From Bugula neritina (Eukaryota; Animalia; Bryozoa): a stretch of DNA of 64,000 nt. This document shows positions 1-11,600 of the stretch, piece by piece. The number at the start of each line of letters is the position of its first letter. Positions within the stretch are counted from its first letter, which is position 1. Under the pieces are notes generated by a model, which made no database searches, was not told the DNA's origin, and was given only the letters and a program-made list of their open reading frames with translations. Where the stretch lies: the NCBI GenBank assembly GCA_964035545.1, contig OZ037769.1, positions 992,001 to 1,056,000 on the forward strand, in the 5' to 3' direction. A program made the position numbers and the translations under genes.

Positions 1-53
1 ATGAGAAAGTATTATTGGCACAGTTAGTTATGTAATTATAAAGAACAACTCAC

Positions 54-1715
54 ATTGCAAGTACCATTCCCTCCACACAATATTGTTCAGTCTCATCTTC
101 TCCTTCACTGATATTCGAAGTCCCTTGTAAGCTTTGAACTGGGGAGCTGCAAGCTTTGCACTATAAAACACAAGTCATCTGTATTACATAACAACTAGTC
201 AGGTCTCCGTGTGGCCTACACTGTGTGGGAGGGTCCAGCACTGGAAGGGACTGCTAGCACAGCAGCAACTAATACTTAGTAGGGTCCAGTTGTGGAAGGA
301 GTGGAATAACACAGGTTGTTATCCACAGTATTGTATCATACAATGAATAACTAGAAAGTAGCTGTTGTTTAGATACAATATACACAATGTGAATGTTATA
401 ATACTATTATAGTGATGAATGACACTCGTATTGAGTTCTTTCATCAAGTTAAATTACAAAATTAATTCTGGCATAGAGCCAAATACTAACTCCTGAAGCA
501 GCAATCTATCTTGAGAAGGTTGCAAGTCTTCATCAAGGTTACGGAAAGGTGAAAAGGGGTGTGTGTATATGCAGGTGATCTGCACACAAGGGGTACTTTA
601 GTACGCAGAAAGGGGGGTTCAAACCCTTTACTATTCAATCATTTTAAATCATTACTTGAAAGTACTGATTTGAATAAATTTCAGCAAAGGGGCACTATAA
701 TTACTGTACAATTACTAGTTATCTTTGATGAGACCACAATCTCGATGTACATAAAGTGTTTCTACTTATAACCTCAGCTTGTGTTCAAATTGACAAGTCA
801 CACTTGGGAACACCAAGTCTGACTTAATATACACTGAGTACGACTTGACACACCAAGCATTACTTGAAGTCTGTTTTAGGCAAGTATGAGTCATTATGAA
901 GTCCCAGGGTATGTATGACCTTGACACTAGACTGGATGGTTACTGTAGTATAGTATAGATAGCGTATCTCTCTGAACATAATACAACACTACAAGGTGAT
1001 AGGCTCTCTATCAGCTACCCTCAGCGTTGTGTATTATAGTCGTACATACTTGAAACTCATACAAGACATGTAAGCAATGATCTTACAAACATAAGTGGGA
1101 GTAGAGTGTGGCCAATAGAAAAAGAGGACGGAAAAACAGTTTGACCAATAGAAAGGCAGGATACAAAGATGGATATTATAACGACTTGAGTCAGTTTCAA
1201 CCAGAACCATCCAGAAGTTAGGAAATATCGTGACTGCAGACTAACTAGAGGAGTACCAGCAGATATTCTATAGATAGAGAGGTTGAAGTACAGGTTGAGG
1301 GCGGATATATGAACTGTGTTCTATTTATAGCTGCCAGGTAAAGTATATACCTGCCAGGTAAAGTATATACCTGCCAGGTAAAGTATATACCTGGCAGGTA
1401 AAGTATATACCTGCCAGGTGAAGAATATACCTGCCAGGTGAAACACATACCTGCCAGGTAAGGAACATACCTGCCATTGTAAGCTATACTCATGCAGGCA
1501 AAGAGTTTCTGCACTGTGTGGTCAATCTTAGTGTCCTCTTCATCCAGTGAGGGTGGGGAGTAGTTAGCCCTGGACCTGTGACTAGAGGGGAAGGGGACGG
1601 GGTGAAAGCTATTCATACCGATAGTGGTGTCGGTATCTTCGCACAGACTAATAGCAGGGAAGTGTCCGCTGTGACCAGCAGTCCTCTTGGACAGATCAAC
1701 CACGCCAGCTGCCAT
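54..1715 (-). CDS. MLXIP: Mondo/ChREBP-family glucose-sensing transcription factor, first two coding exons (1715-1471, 160-54); gene continues off the left edge
   Basis: Spliced translation MAAGVV...HSGHF...IDHTVQKLFACMSIAYNG-S-AKLAAPQFKAYKGLRISVKEKMRLNNIVWREWYLQ matches Mondo conserved regions I-III. GT-AG sites are phase-compatible, and an in-frame stop precedes the ATG at 1715. Confidence 0.88.
1331..1476. repeat. 20-bp minisatellite (CTGCCAGGTAAAGTATATAC, ~7 copies) spanning the Mondo donor site
   Basis: Direct tandem copies; the minus-strand unit contains GGCAG|GTAT, matching the real donor at 1470. Confidence 0.95.
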
Positions 1716-4700
1716 TTCACACACCAGTTACTAAACCTGCATAACATAAGGGGAACATGCGTATGCAGAGGCTTGAGAATTTAACTATTCCAGGAAACTA
1801 GAAAAGTAGTTTTTTGTTAATGTAAAGGTTTCTAGTGACTGGAATAAAGCTGAAATAAAAACAGAAGTTCATGGGAGAGGTTTAGTACTAGTGGAGTAAT
1901 CATTGGATAACACCTAGGGCCCTTTATTGATTTCTAATGAGTGATCAGCATTAGTATTGATGAAATAAATAAACAGTTATTATAAAGCCGGACAAAATCT
2001 ATAAAGATTTAGTTACTTCCTGTATAAGAATTTCTATGTAGCGCCACTGTTTAAATCAATTTGAGTGAATACAAAAAATTGCATACTATTTACCCGTATT
2101 TAAACCAACATTTATATTATACGTTTATATTATACACTTATATATAAACTTATATTGTACATTTATATATAAAGTTATATTATACGTTTATATTATACAC
2201 TTATATTATACATATACAAACCACATATAACTTGTAAAAGAAATGCATCAAACGATGTTCAATAAAAATTTCTTGGATCCAATAACCCTCAATTCTTGCT
2301 ATATATTTATATTCATAATTCTTGGAGAACACTTTTTAATTGAAATATTATTATAATTTAGATTAATTTCAACTCTGTTTAGCGCAGTCATTTACTGATG
2401 GCCTGGTTTTTCTAGTTAATTAGAATGTTTAATGAGACTGGAATCAGCCACTTTTTAATTTAATTTGAAATAGCACAGATGTTGAAACTCAAATTCTAAA
2501 AACAGAAAATTTCCCCAATAATACAATGAATTAGACACATTAATCACTATACTCAAATATGGAATATAAATAACACAGAAATGTGGTAACAAACCATTAT
2601 TTATTAGCAAGTATGTTCTATATAGCATGCCCAAATTTAAAATATATAGTCAAACCCATTAAACATATTTCATGATAATAAATATACTCACACACACTCT
2701 CTACTTATGCAAGCTAGCAAGTCAAAGAAAAAATATATTATTATAATACTATATTATATATTATTATAATAAATATAATCTTACAGCAAGTGCAGCTAAC
2801 TAAATAGATGTGTAGAGACTTTCAACAACCTGCGTAGTCAAGTCAATGAAGCTGACACCCAGTACACCTGGCTATATTTAGACAATGATATATGAAAATT
2901 AGTAGGTGGCAAACATATATAGAAAGTAGTAGGCGTAAAGCATTGGATACCAGCATGTCTACCAAAGAGTGCCACATAAATCAGCCAACCACATCACTAG
3001 AATATAGGAGGTCAATGCTTTCATAAACTACTATACATGGCGGACTAAAAATACAGTCACCAAAATTTGTCCAACAGGCATTAAAAGCATAAAACAACAT
3101 ATACTAACAATATTTTCTAGGAAGCACATTAGAGTATGCATAGTTATTCTAGTAGTTTTAGGCTCTGCAATTTTTAAAACCATTGTGATTAAAAACCCTT
3201 CCATAGTCCGACATTTCAATGTCACGCAAGATGGTGCATACAGCCAAGTTCAAACAAGCACCTAACCAGCATTTTACGGCTATTTTTAAAAAAAGAATGC
3301 TCTCAGCTTTCTCTAAACTAATGAGCTCAACGGGTGTAAAGACTGAAATGTCCTGATGCAAAGTTTTAGACCTCAGAATTATTTCAAAATAACTTGGCCA
3401 TTTTAAATTAGAATCAGAACAGGCTAAGGTTTATCTCAATATTAACAGAAACGAGATTTATTTTTTATGATAATTCAATGTGAATTTGATTTTATTCAAT
3501 TTATTAATTTAAAATGGATCATGATTAAAATAGGGCTGTGATTGTTCAACTTCAACATAAAGCCAATACTTTAAAAGACTGATATTGAAAATGGTATTAT
3601 TGAATAATATCATTATAAACGGTGTTATTGCTCATTGAGATTATCATATTGATTTAAACTCACATTGATACTAGCTTATTCAATGGTTAACTTTTATAGT
3701 ACTACCATAATAGAAATTACCATATCAGTGTGATTAACTTCATTTTTCAAATGCTACAAAATGGTTGAAATTCAGCTTAGAATGAGCACTCAATAAGTTA
3801 CAGAATTTATCATAAAGATATTGATAATTTGGAAATCAATTGATTTTATATTAGCAGTATTATGAAACAAGCTTTTCATGAGAAATAAAATGTATGATTG
3901 TTAGTATGTATCAGTAGGTAAAGAAAGCTATGTGGGCCAGTTTTTCATTTTCACATTCACTCAGACTGTTTGCATAGCTATGATTTTGCGTATCACTATG
4001 ATTACAACATGCTTAACAAATGTAAAACAAAAGTAAGTTTATTGGCTATGGACTATTAACTTACTCTGTCTATCATTATAAATATTATTACTATCAAATA
4101 CTCCATGATAAGCATAACTATAGTGGTGATCTATCATGATGATAACCACACTATTGGCTTTGAGTTATAACAATTGACTTGCCAACAAGTCGCAGTTCTA
4201 CTGCTACGAATAGTAACTGTAAGTTGATGTTTAAGTACACCTACATTATGACTAGACCTACTTCTACAAAAACTTGACAAAGATTCACACTGACATTAGG
4301 ACCAACTTAATACTCCAGAACTCAAAGGCATGGCTAGACATTCGCAAGGATCTTAAGTTAAGTAAAAGCCTAAACAAAAAATTAACTTGAATTCTACATT
4401 GATGATTAAGAGCTGCAGTTACTTTCACTTTCAGCTTTTAAAGTAGAGTAGGAAACAAATGTTGAATCACAATCACTCAATGATAAGCATAATATTAATA
4501 ATCATAACAATGAAAATTTAGTTCACATCAACAGGTCTTACACGTCTTACACTTACAGTTACACGCAATCATAATCATAACGCAAATTTCAGCGTTATTG
4601 TTTAACTTTCACCTTGTTTACTTTAACTTTTACTTGTCTTATGTCCTTCACTTTTTCTAATGTTATAATAATAATATACAACTATAAGCTTTTACTGTTA

Positions 4701-5648
4701 GCAACTTCATCACTTTATCACTTATAGTTAGCCTATAGTTATCACTATCACTATGACTATTGACTATAAGCATGACATAACTTATATTTATAAGACTAAG
4801 ACTACGAGTAAGACTAAGAGTAAGTCAAACTCAAAGTGTAACTTTGCAAGAAACTTACTTTGCAACAGCGCATTTATTTTTTGTAATGAACTAAGCAATG
4901 ACACCTTTGACTTGAAAAATAAAATATCATTGAGTTTATACTAAAATTTTAGCATCAAACTGAAATACCCTTGAATGAGTCAATGCAGAGGCTTGATAAT
5001 TGACTTGGTCTTTGACCAGTAGAAGATAGCGAATTGCCACACTAATGGGGTTTGTTTACACTTTTTCACTGTGAACCGATATTCTTAACGGGCGATAATT
5101 GTATGATCCGAAAAGCATAAATTGAGGTTTTTAAAATCTGCTAAACTTTCGCATTGACTAAAGTTTAGACGACAACTCTCTGCAACAAACGAAGCCAAGA
5201 GCTGTTGATGCAGTTCAACTCATGTGCACTGTAAGCTTATAAATCTGCACTTTACCAAATAATTTATTATTACATGTAAGTTACGCAATGTAACAAATAT
5301 AAATAAATTTTACTATTTAGCTCTTGGTGCAATAAATGTGCAAAGTGAATTCGCCAACTGCGAGTAGTTATGAAGCTTAGTATGCTTGAAGAGTTATTTA
5401 CTCTAAATAAAATGATACATTATTGTAGTAAGAGTTAGCCTAAAAATATATTTATGTACTGTCATGCGGTTTAACGCTACTAATGAGATAATTTTCCATT
5501 TCATGCAACCAAAACATTGCGCACAGGCTAAATATTTTTTCTCTGAGCATAAATGTTGACGGCTACAATGATGATCAAATCATCAAATTCGCCGTCAGGT
5601 TTTCATACTTGCACGCAGTTTCTAGCTAGAAATTCTTTGACGCTAAAA

Positions 5649-8600
5649 ATGGCGGCCCCCAGGCAAAGGTTGATAGATTCTGCAACACCCACCTCCAACT
5701 TTTATTCAAATCCCCAATTGCCTAGAATAGGTAGCAAATCTTCAGGACTATTAGCTTTAACTGAAAAGTTTTGGCTTATAGCAATCACATCATGCCTTGT
5801 GCTGTTTGTGGTAGTAGATCTTAACTATCATTCGTTTCCCCAGGCTCAGCAACCAGAAGTGACTCAAACTGTGACTGTGAGCGAACATAAACATTTTGAA
5901 TGGGAGTTTAAAGCAACTACGTTTTTAGAAAGTAATGCCAGGGTTTTCTTAGAGAAACTTTGTAGTTTTGGCACACGTCACCTTGGTAGTAAAGCTAATG
6001 AAGAGTCTGCAGTAACTTATATTACTGATGTTGTGAAAGAAATAAAGACGCACGCCAATCCCTTGCACGAAATAGAATTGGACATTCAAGCCCCTAGTGG
6101 TTGCTTTGACATAAATTTTATTGGCAATTTTACTACTTGTTATATGAATATCAAGAACATTTTAGTACGACTATCTCCTGCCAATCAGAAGAGCTCTTCT
6201 GCACTCTTAGTCAATTGTCACTATGATACTGCAATATCCAGTCCAGGTGAGTTAAATCGACATTTAACCTTAGATTTATCAATTGAAAATATCATTGAGT
6301 TATTTAGCCTTGAGTGTGATAGCTAACGGTGTAAGTGTAAAATAATTACCCCCCACCGGGATTCGAACCACAGACCTTTGGCTTGTAAGCAGGTGTGCTA
6401 ACCAATTAGACCACAGGTGCTTCGGGATTCCTAACAACATCCCAGCCAATTCTTTGCAGAACTGCACTGGCCCCCACTCGCCACTCAACTCCCTAAGAGT
6501 ACTTCCAGAACACAAGGCCGAAATAGCTTGTAAAATAATTGCCCCCACCGGGATTTGAACCACAGACCTCCCGCTTGCAAGCAGGCGCGTTAACCCATTA
6601 CACTACAGGGGCTTTGGGATCCCTAACAACAGTAAGCATTCAGCTAGATTTCAAAGTTTGGTAAATCATAATTTTCCATGAATGCCCCCAGGTATTAGCT
6701 CTTTTTCTGTGCTGTCTATTACTTTAGTACAAACATTTCATCATTTATTTTATTTGGTTCTAAATGTCAATATCTGTAAATGTCCTTGACATCAGGTGCC
6801 AGTGATGATGCAATTAGCTGTGCGATAATGATGGAATCGTTGAGACTCCTTTCACAGTCTGACCAGCCTCTCCAACACTCCATAGTGTTCAACTTCAACG
6901 GGGCTGAGGAAGCCATACTCCAGGTGCACCAGTTCAACTAATAACTGATATTTTATTATAAATAAAATATATAGTTTGTGTTCTGTCAGGAACTAGTGGT
7001 AAGTTAAACAAACTTCACATATGACAATATGTCTGCTTTTCACAGGCCTCTCACGGTTTCATCACACAACATCCTTGGGCTGGGCAACTGAAAGCGTTTG
7101 TAAACTTGGAGGCTGCGGGATCTGGCGGGAGAGAAATTGTGTTTCAAACAGGTTTGTCCTTCTCTGCCATTTCTCTTATGAATATTCTCTTTATGTATCC
7201 TCACTATATATCCTCACTATATACCCTCTCTATATACCCTCTCTATATATCCTCACTCTCAGGACCTGAGCACCCCTGGCTCGTCGCTGCCTACGCCGAG
7301 TCAGCGAAGTATCCCTACGCCTCTATTGTTGCTCAAGAGATCTTCCAGAGTGGAGTTATCCCCTCGGATACGGATTTCCGGATATACAGAGACTATGGAA
7401 ATATTCCCGGTAACACATCCAGGCTCTTTACTCTCAATATCCGTACAAGATAATAACACTTGGCAGTCAGCTAGAATATTTAGTATAATACATTACAGAC
7501 TATTCACTCATATACTCTCATACACTCTCGCAGGTATAGACATTGCGTACGTGTACAATGGCTACATCTACCACACTAAGTACGACCAACCAAAGTACAT
7601 TCCCCCAGGCTGTATACAGAGAGGAGGTAAGTGTTATTGGACAGAGAAATAGTTTGAGTTAAAGTTGTTTGAAACCTCATTGACTGCATACAATATCTGA
7701 TTCCACTCCAGTAGTGTGTAGCACCTGCTGACAATCACCTGCTCAAGTAGTATGTCATTACCCCAATTAACTGTGCTATGCTGCACAGTAGACATCTATG
7801 TCATGTTTTCTGTAACCACCAATCACGTACCCTGTATCATCCTCAACCGCCAATCACATACACTGTAACATCCTTAATAGTCAATCACATACACTGTAAC
7901 AACTACAGGGGAGAACGTGCTGGGTATTATCACTAATCTGGCCAACTCCGAGAAGTTGTCAGACCCTGGGGACTCGCGCCTCGGCAAGATGGTTTTCTTT
8001 GACGTGCTCGGTTTCTTTATGATACATTATCCTCTACGGCTGGGAGAAATCATCAACTGCGCGACTATAGTAGCCGCTCTGCTCAACCTCTACAGGAAGA
8101 TCAGACTCTTTAAGAGAGAAGGTAGAAAGTTCGCAGGCTTCGTGTATTCTTATTCTGATCTTATTAGTTCAACTTTGTCTTCAATGATTCAGACAGTTTA
8201 TTAAATAGCTGCAGATATTCTCTTCTTTTATGAAATAGCTGCAGATATTCTCTTCTTTTATGAAATATCTGTAGATATGCTCTTCTTTTATGAAATATCT
8301 GTGGATATGCTCTTCTTTTATGAAATATCTGTGGATATGCTCTCCATTTTCAGGCCGTAATCCCACTCTATATATAAAATTGGTCATGGCCAGTTACATG
8401 ATGCACGCTGCCGGCTTTGTTGCCATGGTTACAGTAAACATTGTGATAGCGCTCTCCGTGTCCCTAGTACAGCCGATGATGTGGTACACCAACAACTGGC
8501 TGGTGGTTCCGGTATACATGCTGCCTGCTGTCGCTGTCTGGATTCTGGTGCATCAGCGAGGTAGACAAGTGGGCGGAGCTAACATTTTCCAGGTGTGTTT

Positions 8601-11600
8601 AGATTTAGTGTGGAGACAAATCTAATGTATCTGCCACTTCCATTGAGTGTATTTATTATTTGGTGACAAAGTCGTATATTGTAGGAGTTTTTCTATTTCA
8701 TTGAAATATTCAGTTTACAAAGTCACGTCAATATATTATATTATGCCATGCTGTTTTGTAGTATATTACTATATTACACAGTATTATCTCATACTGGATT
8801 GTGTTATAAGTATTACACTAAACTCTTTCATTACTTTACAGTTTACTACTTTATATGTATATTGCACCACGTCATATCATTCTATTATCATATATTACTG
8901 TATCATCACATTACAGCTCGTGTCCATGTGGGAACTAGAAAGCATATTCTTTGAAGCTGCCCTCATCTTCTGGACTGTTCTACTCGCCCTGCTGACGGCG
9001 TACGGCGTAGGGTCAGCGTACGTCTGCATGTTGTTCATTGTGTGCCCTCTCATCATCAGACAGATCTCCCTCGACTTGTTCAACATCAAACTTCACAGTG
9101 AGTCCACTTTCTCTACTTGTTCACAGTGAGTCCACTTTCTCTACTTGTTCACAGTGAGTCCACTTTCTCTACTTGTTCACAGTGAGTTCATTTTCTCTAC
9201 TTGTTCACAGTGAGTCCACTTTCTCTACTTGTTCACAGTGAGTCCACTTTCTCTACTCTATGTGATACTGTGGGGCAGCTGGGAAAGGCATCGTAAACTA
9301 AAACGGAGTCATTATAGAATCTGATTTTACAGTTTCAACAAAAATGTTAGAAAGAAGTTAGAATTGCTCGTTCATTAAAATTTGCACTCATCCAAATATG
9401 AGCAATAGGGAAAATAACTTCAAAAGTGAAACTTATAATAGAATATTTTTTCAAGATTTTTAATGCATTGCATTGTGATAAAATATTATGTTTTACTTAT
9501 TATATGAAAATGAAAAAGCTAGCCTGTAGTCTCAGCAAACTAGTGCTGACTTAGTCTGGGATCTTACAGGCTCCCCCAAGCTGTACATCTCCCTGACTGC
9601 TCTTAGTCTACTGGTGCCGTTTGTACACCTGATGCAGTTTGCTCACATGCTCAACCTCTTCTTCATGCCTCTGATGGGCAGAGTCGGCAGCGAAGTGAAT
9701 GTAGACGTAGTCATCTCCCTTACCACCCTCCTGCCTGTGTTTATTATCTCCACCTACCTCGTAAGTAACAGTTATTTCCACCTACCTATAACTTATACAT
9801 CTTATATATAAATATTGAGGTGTTAGCATTTTTTGTTATAAAAAATAAAATTTACTCATAATTCGCCGGTGATGTTATTTATTGGGTTTGTCTACACGTG
9901 TTTGCTGATAGTTTTACAGTAGCAAAATGATACAAATCCTTTTTTGGTAATTGCCAACTCTCATTTCTTTTCTGCAGGCTGGATTTCTCCATGTTAGCAA
10001 AGACATGACGAGATTGGCTATCAAGCTGTTTGTAATTGCTCTAATCTTTTCTCTGATTGGCTGCTTCTCCAGCCTCGGATTTCCTTATTCGGGAAACCTC
10101 AGCTCTCCATCCGCTCAGCGCCATGTTTTACACGTAAGAGTTTCTATTCGAGGGTATATTTTGAGTAGAAGATAGTTGTGTTTCCCTCGGTTTTAGGTAG
10201 TATTTCCCTCAGTACTAGGTAGTATTTCCCCTAGTACTAGGTAATATTTTCCTTAGTACTAGTAAGTATTTCCCTCATAGTGAAGCCACAAAGCACAAGT
10301 CCAGGGAAAATCTTCAGATATTCAGCTATCTAATATTACTCCTAGAAGACATATGTTGGGTACACAGATCTAGTACGGTCCGTCTCTCCACCGTATGCTG
10401 TTAAACCAGTCACTGTGCCTTTCAGAGTGGAAAATAATTGGCTTCGTATACTCCTTGGGTGTTGATATCTTTTCCACTCATCTCTACCTGAGTTATTTTA
10501 GCCTGTGATTTATTCCAGAACTTCAAGAGAGACTTCTACTCTCATGATGGGAAGCTGAACTACTCGGACCATGGGCTAGCCTATCTTCCCTTTGACCGTA
10601 ACTCTAAGTCACATATTGAGTATATCCCAGAAATTCAGGCGTTACAGAATTATGAGCTGGACGACAGCTTAGCATATGGAGGAATACCCTATTTCTTCCC
10701 TCTGGTTAACCTTCTGCCGTGAGTAGCAGCTTAGTCTAAACTAGTCAACATTGTTTCAACTCTTATCTGATTATCTGATTATCCATGGTTTTAAAAAAAG
10801 ACTTCACTATTTGTAGAAAGGTGTATGAATATATTACCATTTATAGAAAGGTATAGTAACATGTTACTATTTATAGAAAGGTGTAGTAACATGTTACTAT
10901 TTATAGAAAGGTATAGTAACATGTTACTATTTATAGAAAGGTGTAGTAACATGTTACTATTTATAGAAAGGTGTAGTAACATGTTACTATTTATAAAACG
11001 GTTTCTATTTATAGAAAGGTATATATCGGTCCGATGGAAAAACCTGATATTTCAGAGAGTATAGAGGTGACCCACAGCAAAGAGCTAATTGGTGACGATA
11101 CAATCCGATACAACTTCCTCATTTCAGGTATTATCCCCATACAGTATATTGTCTCCCCATACAGTATATTATCTCCCCATACAGTATATTATCTCCCCAT
11201 ACAGTATATTATCTCCCCATACAGTATATTATCTCCCCATACAGTATATTATCTCCCCATACAGTATATTATCTCCCCATACAGTGTATTATCTCCCCAT
11301 ACAGTATATTATCTCCCCATACAGTATATTATCTCCCCATACAGTATATTATCTCCCCATACAGTATATTATCTCCCCATACAGTATATTATCTCCCCAT
11401 ACAGTGTATTATCTCCCCATGCAGTGTATTATCTCCCCATATACTGTGTTATCCCCCCATATACTGTGTTATCTCCCCATACAGTATATTATCTCCCCAT
11501 ACAGTATATTATCTCCCCCTACAGTATATTATCTCCCCATACAGTATATTATCTCCCCATACAGTGTGTTATCTCCCCATACAGTATATTATCTCCCCAT

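Noticed and set aside
978-1040. Imperfect nested inverted repeat (TGATAG...CTATCA) as a miRNA or MITE
   Set aside because: Stem is too short and interrupted; no second copy or target-site duplication seen
5553-5648. Upstream ATGs extending ERMP1
   Set aside because: ATG 5649 has the stronger context (AAAATGG) and the extension has no recognisable similarity; not excluded without 5' transcript data
6348-6612. Functional tRNA-Ala/Val/Cys genes
   Set aside because: The anticodon loop is 6 nt and the stems are mismatched; treated as pseudo-tRNA or SINE-like
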